Source: a bacterium
GTDB taxonomy: Bacteria; Patescibacteriota; Saccharimonadia; Saccharimonadales; SZUA-47
Assembly (NCBI GenBank): GCA_030430915.1
Contig: JAUIKH010000002.1
Coordinates: forward strand, 1-46,921
Direction: 5' to 3'
DNA: 46,921 nucleotides
Below the pieces are notes generated by a model. It was not told the DNA's origin. It was given only the letters and a program-made list of their open reading frames with translations, and did no database searches. This document shows positions 20,014 through 28,878 of this stretch, piece after piece; position 1 is the first letter of the stretch; every line of letters begins with the position of its first letter. The translations under genes and the position numbers were made by a program.

Positions 20014-21557
20014 TATTTACTACTTTCTTCCTTGTATTCCTTGGCTACTTTTTCAGCCTGATTAAGTATTACTTGCTTAACTTCATCAGATGGTTTGCCG
20101 CCCTTGTCTAGCTCTTGCATGTCAGATTTCTTCTCGCTCCATAACTGCGACATCAGAGCGGACTGAGCTTTTTTAATACTTTCGACAGGAACTGAGTCAA
20201 ATTTGCCTTCTGTGGCTGCTATTAGACTTGAAGATTGCTGCCAAATACTTAGCGGTGAATACTGTGGTTGCTTAAGAAGCTCGGTTAACCTTTGTCCTCT
20301 TTCAATCTTTGATTTAGTTTCTGCATCAAGGTCTGAGCTAAATTGAGCAAATGCAGCTAACTCACGGAATTGAGCTAAGTTTAGTCTCAATGGTCCAGCA
20401 GCAGCTCTTATGGCTTTTGTCTGGGCTGCGCCACCAACACGAGACACGGATAATCCTACAGATATAGCTGGTCTAATACCTTGGTTAAATAGATTAGTCT
20501 CCATGAAAATCTGACCATCAGTAATAGAGATCACATTAGTTGGAACGAATGCAGAAATATCTCCTGCCTGAGTCTCTACGATTGGTAGGGCAGTTAGTGA
20601 TCCACCACCTTCTTCGTCGCTCATTTTTGCTGCTCGCTCTAGTAAGCGTGAGTGCAGATAGAATACGTCACCAGGATATGCTTCACGTCCTGGAGGTCTA
20701 CGAAGTAGTAAACTCATTTGACGGTATGCAACGGCATGCTTGGACAGGTCATCATAAATAATCAGAGCATGCTCTGAATTATCTCTGAAATACTCACCCA
20801 TAGCAGCCCCAGAATAAGGCGCTAGATATTGCAAGGAAGCAGGATCATTTGCACTTGTAGCTATGACAATGGTCTGGTCCATTACACCTTCACGTTCCAA
20901 ACGCTCAACCATTCTGGCTACTTTGCTCATCTTTTGACCAATAGCTACGTAAATATTTATAACACCGGTAGATTGCTTGTGCTGGTTGATCATTGTGTCT
21001 ACAGCTACAGCAGTTTTACCAGTCTGACGGTCACCAATAATAAGCTCACGCTGACCACGACCTATCGGGACCATGGCATCAACTGCCATAATTCCTGTCA
21101 TCAATGGCTCGTGCACAGATTTACGAGCTAATACTCCTGGAGCAGGGCGCTCAACTAGTGCTGTTAGCTTAGTCTTAACTGGACCCTTATCATCTAATGG
21201 ACGACCAAGTGGGTCAACAACTCTACCGACTAACTCAGGGCCAACAGGAACCTCTAAAACTTTACCTGACAATCGTACTTTTGCGCCTGCTTTTACTTCT
21301 ACATCACTACCAAGTAGCACTGCACCGATTTCGTCCTCCATCAAGTTAAGGGCGAAAGCATTTACAGTTTGTCCGCTTGAGCCTTCAATTTCTATCATTT
21401 CGTTGAAACCACATTCACTCAAGCCATAAATCCAGGCTACACCGTCACCGATTCTAGTAACAACACCTGCTTTTTCTACTCCGCCGGTCTTTTTTAATTC
21501 TGAAATTGCATCACGTACTTCTTTTGCTAGCTCTGCAACCGATACTTCTGCTGACAT
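20013..21557 (-). CDS. atpA: ATP synthase F1 alpha subunit
   Basis: [41 protein letters not shown] and SVSRVGG motifs. Confidence 0.98.
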   Translation of the reverse strand: MSAEVSVAELAKEVRDAISELKKTGGVEKAGVVTRIGDGVAWIYGLSECGFNEMIEIEGSSGQTVNAFALNLMEDEIGAVLLGSDVEVKAGAKVRLSGKVLEVPVGPELVGRVVDPLGRPLDDKGPVKTKLTALVERPAPGVLARKSVHEPLMTGIMAVDAMVPIGRGQRELIIGDRQTGKTAVAVDTMINQHKQSTGVINIYVAIGQKMSKVARMVERLEREGVMDQTIVIATSANDPASLQYLAPYSGAAMGEYFRDNSEHALIIYDDLSKHAVAYRQMSLLLRRPPGREAYPGDVFYLHSRLLERAAKMSDEEGGGSLTALPIVETQAGDISAFVPTNVISITDGQIFMETNLFNQGIRPAISVGLSVSRVGGAAQTKAIRAAAGPLRLNLAQFRELAAFAQFSSDLDAETKSKIERGQRLTELLKQPQYSPLSIWQQSSSLIAATEGKFDSVPVESIKKAQSALMSQLWSEKKSDMQELDKGGKPSDEVKQVILNQAEKVAKEYKEESSK

Positions 21558-21565
21558 ATATTCTC

Positions 21566-21958
21566 CTAATTACTGCTATTTATTACTTGTTGTTTAAATC
21601 TATTCAATCTACCTTCTACAGTAAGGTCTACTTCTTGTTCTTTGGCTGAAGCCTTAACTCCACCTATCACACTCTTGTCTATTGTCTCGTTAAATACTGG
21701 ATTTTCTACATTTAAAAGCTTAGCGAGTTGCTTTTTAGTTGCCTGATCAATTTTGTATGCACTAACTATGCTAACTTGTGTACTGCCTCTTTTATCTAGC
21801 TCTTTTTCAATCGCTCTAAATAGCAAAGAAGACTCACGAGATCTTCTCTCAGCAAGTAAAAAAGAAGCTAGTGAATTAGCGACATCTTCAACCTTTGAGC
21901 CAGATCCAATTCTGTCAGCAGCATATGATGCTAGCTGGTTTATCGAGACTTTTGACAT
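21566..21958 (-). CDS. atpH: ATP synthase delta subunit (short form)
   Basis: Lies between atpF and atpA; IDKSVIGG...DLTV..RL C-terminal delta motif. Confidence 0.85.
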   Translation of the reverse strand: MSKVSINQLASYAADRIGSGSKVEDVANSLASFLLAERRSRESSLLFRAIEKELDKRGSTQVSIVSAYKIDQATKKQLAKLLNVENPVFNETIDKSVIGGVKASAKEQEVDLTVEGRLNRFKQQVINSSN

Positions 21959-22515
21959 TACTTCATGGCCTCCTTGAGATAATCTTCTACTAGTTTTCTG
22001 TCTGAATTAGCATCTAGTTTTTGATTCAGTACTGCTTCTGTTGCTTCGGTCACCAAACCAGCCATTTCAGATTTCAGTTTGTTACGCGCCTGGGCGATTT
22101 CTCTCTCAATTTTGCCTTCTGCATCACGTAAGATATTTTCTGCTTTGCGGTTAGCAGATTCTTCAGCTTGCTGAATTATCGAACCAGATTCATTATGTGC
22201 TTCAGCAATAACTGCATCAGCATCTTTACGAGCTATTTTAAGTACTTGCTCAACCTTTTCATCTAGTTCTGCCTTTTGCTTATCCATCTCAGCAGTCAAA
22301 TGAAGCCCACGGTTAATATCATCGTGTCTTTTATCTAAATTTTTAACAATTCCATCTAGTGCAAACTTCTTTACTAGCCATAAAAGCAGTAAGAAAGTTA
22401 TTGCTTGTGCAGCTATGGCAAAAATATCTAAGCCCAAAGCACCAATACCTTCTGAAGCTTCTTGTGCATGCTCACCAGCTTTTTCTGCTGCTGCAAAAAT
22501 TCCCATTATATTCAT
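21958..22515 (-). CDS. atpF: ATP synthase Fo b subunit
   Basis: Single TM (QAITFLLLLWLVKKFA) plus long coiled coil; operon position. Confidence 0.92.
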   Translation of the reverse strand: MNIMGIFAAAEKAGEHAQEASEGIGALGLDIFAIAAQAITFLLLLWLVKKFALDGIVKNLDKRHDDINRGLHLTAEMDKQKAELDEKVEQVLKIARKDADAVIAEAHNESGSIIQQAEESANRKAENILRDAEGKIEREIAQARNKLKSEMAGLVTEATEAVLNQKLDANSDRKLVEDYLKEAMK

Positions 22516-22630
22516 CTGTTATATTATATCCTTTCTGGCTGCAATAACCACGACCGCTTCAAATCTTTTGAAAAGTTCGTCATTATTGCATATTACTCTC
22601 TATGTTTTGTTAATCGATTGAAATTTGTTG

Positions 22631-22742
22631 GGTTATTCGCTGATGAAGTACAAGGCAGAGGGCGGAGCTCAAGCGAGCTGTATTAGCTATACAGTGAGCG
22701 AGCACCGCAAACCTCTAACGCAGTAATTCGCTGCGAATATCC
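22631..22742. repeat. 112-bp GC-rich imperfect palindrome (MITE/REP-like structured element)
   Basis: Nested complementary segments TATTCGC/GCGAATA, AGAGG/CCTCT, GCGG/CCGC, GCTC/GAGC and CTGTAT/ATACAG; abuts the atpE stop. Confidence 0.7.
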
Positions 22743-22994
22743 TTACAAAAGGAAGGCACCAAGTAGGAAGGCAAGCAACGCCGTAACCTCAATCATCGCT
22801 GCGATGATGATGATTTGACTTGCGGCTTTTCCAGCTTCTGGGTTACGGCCCAAAGCTTTCATGTAGTTTGAGCCAACAAGAGCCAAACCAATTGCAGCAA
22901 GAGCTAAAGCTAGTCCAAGCATAATGCTTTTTGACCAAGCTTGTGCAACTTCTACGCTGAATTCGTTTGCTTCAGCTAATATTGTGTTTAACAT
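22743..22994 (-). CDS. atpE: ATP synthase Fo c subunit
   Basis: Two TM helices, GRNPE loop and conserved Glu (MIEV). Confidence 0.93.
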   Translation of the reverse strand: MLNTILAEANEFSVEVAQAWSKSIMLGLALALAAIGLALVGSNYMKALGRNPEAGKAASQIIIIAAMIEVTALLAFLLGAFLL

Positions 22995-23058
22995 TTTTTC
23001 TCCTTAGGACATTGTCCATATGGTTACTTTTAAAAGAACTTTTTTAGGGTTCTTATTA

Positions 23059-23892
23059 TCACGCCGTTAGCTCCTCGACCTTTTGAGCTGATGGTTCATG
23101 ATCTTCCTCAGGGTGCGCATGAGATATAGCTAAGCTTAGGTATGTAGCTGAAAGCACGGTAAACACATACGCCTGTATACCGGCTACAAGAAGTTCAAAT
23201 AAAATAATTGGTATTACTGCAATTGGAGTACGACCTCCACTCAATATAAGGCTTGTGAAAACAGCTATTAGTATCTCGCCAACAGCGGTATTCAAAAACA
23301 GCCTTAGAGCTAAGCTCAATATTCTGGTAAACTCACCAAAAACTTCTAATATGCCAATGAAAAAGTTAATCGGGTTCAGAGGTTTATCGCTAAAATAGTG
23401 CTGGAAATGACCCTTAAATCCCTGAGCTTTAATAGACAAAACTTGAACTGCAATAATTGCAATCACGGCCATAACAAGAGTCCCGTTAAGATCGGCTGTA
23501 AACGGTCTAAATATCGGAATACTATCAACTGTTATGCCAGGCCCAACAATTGGTATTAAGCCTAAAGTGTTACTAAATAAAATAAAAAGAAAAAAAGTTG
23601 CAAATAAAGGAGCATACTTATATGCCTGCTTACGATTACCGAAAGCTCCTTCTAAGACCCCAATAACGAATTCAACTACCACTTCAAGAACAGCTACAGC
23701 TCCTTTTTGAGCCTTAACTCTGGACTTCTTGGCAAGCATTATTAATACAATAGCCATAAATGCAGCAACAATTAGACCGTAAAGCATTGAATTTGTTACA
23801 GTCACACCACCAATTTCAAATACTTTTTCAGCCTTCAATGACACATGAATGTCACTGTTTGATGACGATAGAATAGATAAGGTATTTAGCAT
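23059..23892 (-). CDS. atpB: ATP synthase Fo a subunit
   Basis: SN.LGLIP, PFTADLN, SLALRLF.N and IQAYVFTVLS motifs. Confidence 0.95.
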   Translation of the reverse strand: MLNTLSILSSSNSDIHVSLKAEKVFEIGGVTVTNSMLYGLIVAAFMAIVLIMLAKKSRVKAQKGAVAVLEVVVEFVIGVLEGAFGNRKQAYKYAPLFATFFLFILFSNTLGLIPIVGPGITVDSIPIFRPFTADLNGTLVMAVIAIIAVQVLSIKAQGFKGHFQHYFSDKPLNPINFFIGILEVFGEFTRILSLALRLFLNTAVGEILIAVFTSLILSGGRTPIAVIPIILFELLVAGIQAYVFTVLSATYLSLAISHAHPEEDHEPSAQKVEELTA

Positions 23893-23942
23893 GTGCTAAC
23901 CCCACAAAAAATCGTCGGCATAAGGTCGGCGTTGAATCTCAT
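23886..23942 (-). CDS. Putative 18-aa uORF overlapping the atpB start
   Basis: MRFNADLMPTIFCGVSTC; ATG 10 nt after TATAAT (23958-23953); stop lies within ATGCTAA of atpB. Confidence 0.35.
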   Translation of the reverse strand: MRFNADLMPTIFCGVSTC

Positions 23943-24033
23943 ATTTAATTGCATTATAACAGTTATAAGTACTAGCATACAACACCTATGAGCAAATTTA
24001 ATTCATATTTATTTTTTAGGGTATAATTAGCTT

Positions 24034-24342
24034 ATGTTTAATATATTTGCACATGCAGGAGAAAGACACGAAAGTGCAGCGGTGGCTGCAGCTCATGAAA
24101 TACCGTGGTTCATACAACTACCACTGTTCGTTGGCTTAATAATGTTATTTGCATTGATAGTTTGGCAACTGTCTAAGAAAACAGAACTTACTGTGTTGCT
24201 TACTTCCGCATTATTATTGATCAGCGGAATTGGCTTCTACGAAGCGGCACCAGCCATAAGTATTGTCGCCATTACTGCTGGCCTGTTTTCAACACTCTTT
24301 ATAACTTTAGTTGGTCTTGGGCCTAAACCAAGCAAAAAATAA
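24034..24342 (+). CDS. Small membrane protein (about 3 TM), His-containing N-terminus
   Basis: Hydrophobic 102-aa ORF; TATAAT 6 nt upstream. Confidence 0.7.
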   Translation: MFNIFAHAGERHESAAVAAAHEIPWFIQLPLFVGLIMLFALIVWQLSKKTELTVLLTSALLLISGIGFYEAAPAISIVAITAGLFSTLFITLVGLGPKPSKK

Positions 24343-24366
24343 TCAAACGACTGTTACAATAACAGT

Positions 24367-24936
24367 ATGGCATTTGAAGATTTTGAAACTAAAGAATCTG
24401 TAGTAGTCGTTTACACAGGCGAGGGGAAAGGCAAAACCAGCGCTAGTGTGGGATTAATGGCTAGAGCCCTCGGAAGAGACTGGAAGGTAGCTTATATCCA
24501 ATTTATAAAGCACTGGAACGTTGGAGAACATGATTTTATTAGAAAAATTGAACCCGTCTTCAAAGATAATTTATTTTTTTACAAAGGGGGTAAGGGCTTT
24601 TTCGATGCTGGTGACATTAGCGCAAAAGGCGTGTCTGAAGCTGAACACAAAAAAGCAGCTAAAAAAACATACGACAAAGCATATAAGCTTGCCGTATCAG
24701 GTGATTATAACTTGGTAATTTGTGATGAGATATGCAATGCAGTACACGATGGATTATTAAGTAAAGCACAAATGAAAGACTTAATAGTCAATAAAAGTAA
24801 AAACACAAGTCTGTGCTTAACAGGCAGAAATTTTCCAGAAGATTTAGTTGAATTGACAGACATATCAACAAATATGACTAAGCTAAAACACCATTTCGAC
24901 GATAAATTTCTAGCAAACGAAGGAATTGACTACTAA
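24367..24936 (+). CDS. cobO: Cob(I)alamin adenosyltransferase (CobO/BtuR/CobA type)
   Basis: YTGEGKGKT, IQFIK, ICDE, LTGR and KH.F...EGIDY motifs. Confidence 0.92.
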   Translation: MAFEDFETKESVVVVYTGEGKGKTSASVGLMARALGRDWKVAYIQFIKHWNVGEHDFIRKIEPVFKDNLFFYKGGKGFFDAGDISAKGVSEAEHKKAAKKTYDKAYKLAVSGDYNLVICDEICNAVHDGLLSKAQMKDLIVNKSKNTSLCLTGRNFPEDLVELTDISTNMTKLKHHFDDKFLANEGIDY

Positions 24937-25610
24937 TTGTCGAACATTTGCCCTAACATAGCTGCTTTAGCCAGTAACGCTGGATGTTTTCTGTGGCCTT
25001 CTAATCTGCTTAACTCTTGATTTTTAGCAAAATCGTAAGACTCCATAATTAGTTGCCAATTAAAGTATGGCCTTGCTTCTTGAAGCTCTTCACCACGACC
25101 ATCTGCAAAAGCTTCTTGCATATCACTTAGTAAGTGCACTTGGTACAAATCTTTATCTAGACCCGTTGTTACTACCAGAGTCTTATCAGTAACAAGTTTG
25201 CTGCCAGCGACGGCACCCTTAGGATCTTGACAGTCGGCACACATCGGCAATGTAGGGGTAGCAGCCCCAGTAACACCCTTTATAAGTTCAATGTCTGTTG
25301 TGGCAACAACAACCACCCCAAGAGCTTCTATCATTCCTGCTTTTTGAGCTTTCTTAATAGCAATTTTCTCAGCACATACTTTATCTTTTTCTCTTTTGAC
25401 TTTTAGGTTTCCTGCAGAAAATATTTCTGATGACTCGTCTACAGGATTTATTGCAAATACAGCTGCTCCCACGTGAAAATCTCTATACGAATTAGCCTTT
25501 TCATTAGCTGCAACACGAGCGGACTCCACCATATAAGGCATAGCTGAAAGCATTAAATGATATGGCTCAAAACTACCTTCATGCTCAGAAAAAGTTTCAG
25601 GACTCTTCAT
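24933..25610 (-). CDS. Cytidine deaminase-like protein
   Basis: SYRDFHVGAA, GN, CAE and PMCADC zinc motifs, with a C-terminal extension. Confidence 0.7.
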   Translation of the reverse strand: MKSPETFSEHEGSFEPYHLMLSAMPYMVESARVAANEKANSYRDFHVGAAVFAINPVDESSEIFSAGNLKVKREKDKVCAEKIAIKKAQKAGMIEALGVVVVATTDIELIKGVTGAATPTLPMCADCQDPKGAVAGSKLVTDKTLVVTTGLDKDLYQVHLLSDMQEAFADGRGEELQEARPYFNWQLIMESYDFAKNQELSRLEGHRKHPALLAKAAMLGQMFDN

Positions 25611-25657
25611 ATCTATATATTATAACATTTTTTGTATTTTTGACAATGCTAGATATT

Positions 25658-25969
25658 CTATAAAGAATTACTTAGACGTTCGAATGCGTCTAGTAATCTT
25701 CTAAGAGGTTTTTTGTGGTCTGAAATAGAGTAGTATACCCTCAAATGATCATGTGTTCTATCAGCAGAAATCAACCCAACCTCGACTAATAATTTGAGTT
25801 TTTTAGAAAGAGTGGCTGGATTAATTTTCAGCTCGTCTCGAAGTTCTGAAAAGTTCTTTTCTCCATACCTTTCTAATTCAAATAGAATCTTTAGATTTGT
25901 AGAGTCTCCAAAGATAAAAAAGCCTCTGTGAAGCACCACTAATTCTTTTTCTGTCAGTTGTTTATTCAT
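25658..25969 (-). CDS. ArsR/HxlR-type winged-helix transcriptional regulator
   Basis: FSEL..L.INPATLSKKLK.L...GLI......VYY pattern. Confidence 0.85.
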   Translation of the reverse strand: MNKQLTEKELVVLHRGFFIFGDSTNLKILFELERYGEKNFSELRDELKINPATLSKKLKLLVEVGLISADRTHDHLRVYYSISDHKKPLRRLLDAFERLSNSL

Positions 25970-26073
25970 ACTACACTTTCTATACTGGTTATGTATATAT
26001 ACTACTATAGATTGTTAACTACTGTAAACTAATGAACTTATGCTATTGTTAATTTATAAAAAAGGAGCCGGTA

Positions 26074-26697
26074 ATGAATCAAAAAACATTAGATTTAACT
26101 GCTTGGAGTTTAGTAGTTTTATCAATTAGTTTAGCTGTAATCTCTTGGGGTAATGGCTTTAGTTGGAACATAGAATCATTAAACGCTTACCAATGGTTTC
26201 CGCTTTTTGGGCTAGTAGCCTGGATGACAATGTGGGGGCACTACATAATAGGAGCGAGCAGAATAAAGAACAAAGGTCTGCAAAAACCGAAATATTACTC
26301 TACCATTACTGGATATATCGTTTTAGCTTCATTACTATTACACCCTGGAATTTTAGCTTATGAACAAAAAGAAAATGGCCAAGGTCTACCACCAGACAGT
26401 TTTATTGACTACGCTGGTCAAAGCCTTAAACTAGCTGTGTTCATTGGGACATTATCGCTTTTTATATTTTTGAGTTACGAAATATTTAGCAGAATGAAAA
26501 AAACTGATTATATTAAAAAAGTATGGCCAGTTATATCCGTCTCTCAAAGCCTAGCAATGATATTGATTTTTGTTCATGGGCTAAGACTCGGAAGCAACTT
26601 AGGAAGTGGGTGGTTTAGGATAGTTTGGATAATTTATGGACTAGCTCTAATTCCTTGCTTTTATATCATCCACAAACAAGACTTCGAAAAACAATAA
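26074..26697 (+). CDS. Membrane protein, ferric-reductase-like transmembrane domain
   Basis: About 6 TM helices with intramembrane His (WGH, LLHP, FVHG); AAGGAG SD. Confidence 0.55.
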   Translation: MNQKTLDLTAWSLVVLSISLAVISWGNGFSWNIESLNAYQWFPLFGLVAWMTMWGHYIIGASRIKNKGLQKPKYYSTITGYIVLASLLLHPGILAYEQKENGQGLPPDSFIDYAGQSLKLAVFIGTLSLFIFLSYEIFSRMKKTDYIKKVWPVISVSQSLAMILIFVHGLRLGSNLGSGWFRIVWIIYGLALIPCFYIIHKQDFEKQ

Positions 26698-26743
26698 ATT
26701 CTTTATTCGAATTACATTTTAAGATGTTATTATACTTAACATT

Positions 26744-27247
26744 ATGAAACCAACACTTCATCTTATTGTTGGCTTGCCAGGATCAGGCAAATCTACTTTG
26801 GCAAAACAAATACAAAAACTAACTAAGGCAGTTAAGCTAACCTCTGATGATTACAGATTATTGATATTCCCAGAACCGACATTCAGCCAACAAGAACACG
26901 ACAATTTATATGGAATGATTGACCACAATGTGGAGCACCTATTATCTGCAGGTCATAGCGTTATATATGATGCTAATCTAAATAGAAAAAAACACCGTGA
27001 TGAAAAATATGCACTAGCCAAAAAATATGGAGCAAATACTAAGCTTTGGTGCTTAACAACACCTGACGGTTTATCCAAAAAACGACGTATTGAAGACCAA
27101 AACCACACTTTAATCCCAGAAGGAGAGACACCTGAAAGGATGTTTGATAGGATTTCAAAAATTTATGAGCCGCCTTCTAGAAATGAAAAATGTGTTGATA
27201 TAGATGGAACTAACATAACCAAAGAGGCCGTGAAAGAACTACTTTGA
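26744..27247 (+). CDS. AAA_33-type P-loop kinase
   Basis: GLPGSGKST, SDDYR and VIYDANL motifs. Confidence 0.85.
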   Translation: MKPTLHLIVGLPGSGKSTLAKQIQKLTKAVKLTSDDYRLLIFPEPTFSQQEHDNLYGMIDHNVEHLLSAGHSVIYDANLNRKKHRDEKYALAKKYGANTKLWCLTTPDGLSKKRRIEDQNHTLIPEGETPERMFDRISKIYEPPSRNEKCVDIDGTNITKEAVKELL

Positions 27248-27251
27248 TTTA

Positions 27252-27791
27252 TTATTTCTGACTAGATAATATTGCAACACTGACAAATCTCTCGCCGTTA
27301 TCTGTAGTGTCGAATTTTTCAACTCTAAATCCTATGAAGCTAACGCGAGAATCAAGCAAGCATTCTCTATGACCTTTATCACTATTCATCCAGTCTTTAA
27401 ACGCTTTTTTGTGACTGTCAGTGCTAGCTAAATCCAGATTTTCACAGCTAAATAATCTCTTTTCTTTGAATAAAGACGAAAAATCAGTGCCGTTAGGTGT
27501 AATATGAGAATAATATTGATTCAGGACCATATCATATGTTCTTGTATCAGCAATCTTATTTAAGTCACTATCAATAGCAAGAGGTAGCTCTCCTTCTTGC
27601 TTTCTAGCTTCATTGATAAGATCTACAATTTCTATACCTGTTGACTCGTTATTTATCGTTGAAGCTCCAGCTACCTTTGTGTTGTTTTGATTAGCTTGAA
27701 CTACCTCTGTAACGCCAAAACCCTGACTCACAGCAAAGAAAAATGCAGCATAAAAAACGATAGTTATTGCCACAAATCTAAAAGTCTTCAT
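27252..27791 (-). CDS. Secreted CAP/SCP-domain protein
   Basis: N-terminal hydrophobic signal; INEAR, YYSH, CENL and WMNS.GHRE.LL motifs. Confidence 0.87.
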   Translation of the reverse strand: MKTFRFVAITIVFYAAFFFAVSQGFGVTEVVQANQNNTKVAGASTINNESTGIEIVDLINEARKQEGELPLAIDSDLNKIADTRTYDMVLNQYYSHITPNGTDFSSLFKEKRLFSCENLDLASTDSHKKAFKDWMNSDKGHRECLLDSRVSFIGFRVEKFDTTDNGERFVSVAILSSQK

Positions 27792-27876
27792 ATATATTAT
27801 TATATCACGTTTAGATGCTTTTTGTCAAGCCTTACCTATAATTTTTGTGATTTTACTCACAAAACGCCAAAAATCA

Positions 27877-27906
27877 TTGACGTCATATATAGCGTAGTAG
27901 TAATAT
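27877..27906 (+). promoter_or_regulatory. Sigma70-type promoter with no convincing downstream CDS
   Basis: TTGACG-N18-TAATAT. Confidence 0.5.
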
Positions 27907-27911
27907 TGAAC

Positions 27912-28001
27912 TACACCATCGTTGAGGTGGTTTAGCGACACGAGAATCGTCAAAGATTTTCTGGAGCGACTAAAGAGAGACTGTCAAAGGTCTCTCTTTT
28001 G
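27912..28001 (+). ncRNA. Candidate ~90-nt small RNA
   Basis: GC-richer segment between the promoter and the hairpin terminator; shares TGAGGTGG..GCG..ACGAGAAT with the LysM-CHAP leader. Confidence 0.4.
27972..28000. terminator. Bidirectional intrinsic terminator
   Basis: AAAGAGAGAC-TGTCAAAG-GTCTCTCTTTT. Confidence 0.75.
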
Positions 28002-28004
28002 CCT

Positions 28005-28859
28005 TTAATTGAACCACTTTTTGTTTTTTACAACTTTTAGCATAATGAAATCTAGAGGAAATATAATAAGAGAGACCAAGAACCCAGCTATTGCTACCGG
28101 TACAGACAATAGATGAGAGCCAATTCTTTCAACCATAGGGATTCTAAACTTTAAAGGAGCTGGTAAGTTACCAAGCTCTTTGTGTAATTTCTTGGTTTTA
28201 TTTCGTAGTTTTGAGTAGTGAATAAATTTTGGGATATAACGGAAAGATTGGTTATCAGAGTAAGTTAGCAGGTCATTAGCTTGAATTATTTTATGACTAT
28301 TGCTGACTATCCATAAGGCAACATCTTGATCTTCATGCACCATTGAATCGTCTAGGCAAACTACATCTTTTACTTCTAGCCAAGCACTCTTTGTGATTGC
28401 CATATTTCCGCCCCATGTTGTTATCGTGCCGAAAATCCCGTGAACATTCCAGTAATAACTCCGCAAAAATAATGTAGTTTTTGGCCATTTTAAAATAGGG
28501 AGAAGTGAAGTCTTGCCGAGCCCCGTTATGCCACACAGTTCGCTATCATTGCTAAAATAATTTACTAATTTTTCTACCCAATCATTATTTAGCCTTGTAT
28601 CTGCATCAATTCTGCCTAGTATTTGATTTTTTGCTGCGTTAAAGCCAGCTGAGCGAGCATGAGCTCGGCCTTGGTTCTTCTCCGTTACTATGGTTACAAA
28701 TTCATATTTTTTAGCTATTTCAATTGTTTTATCTGAACAGTTATTATCAACAATTATAACCTCGTCTGGTAAAACATTTTGAGTTGCAATACTATCAAGA
28801 CACCCTCTAATGTGGTGTTCCTCGTTGTAAACAGGTATAATTAAACTAACCTTAAGCAT
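28005..28859 (-). CDS. Glycosyltransferase family 2
   Basis: SLIIPVYNEE, VDNNCSD, RIDAD, GGNMA and HEDQD motifs. Start at MLKVS (28859) preferred. Confidence 0.9.
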   Translation of the reverse strand: MLKVSLIIPVYNEEHHIRGCLDSIATQNVLPDEVIIVDNNCSDKTIEIAKKYEFVTIVTEKNQGRAHARSAGFNAAKNQILGRIDADTRLNNDWVEKLVNYFSNDSELCGITGLGKTSLLPILKWPKTTLFLRSYYWNVHGIFGTITTWGGNMAITKSAWLEVKDVVCLDDSMVHEDQDVALWIVSNSHKIIQANDLLTYSDNQSFRYIPKFIHYSKLRNKTKKLHKELGNLPAPLKFRIPMVERIGSHLLSVPVAIAGFLVSLIIFPLDFIMLKVVKNKKWFN

Positions 28860-28878
28860 AAAAAAGTGATTACCTACA

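Noticed and set aside
22524..22590. Possible 19-aa ORF (MTNFSKDLKRSWLLQPERI) before atpF
   Set aside because: Very short, weak SD, not overlapping atpF; indistinguishable from chance.
22743..22994. Possible Na+-coupled or N-type ATPase
   Set aside because: Subunit c lacks the Q...ES/T sodium motif, and the gene order is the standard B-E-F-H-A-G-D-C.
27912..28001. Candidate RNA as SRP RNA, tmRNA or 6S RNA
   Set aside because: No SRP helix-8 motif, no tRNA-like ends or tag frame, and too short for typical 6S; left unassigned.
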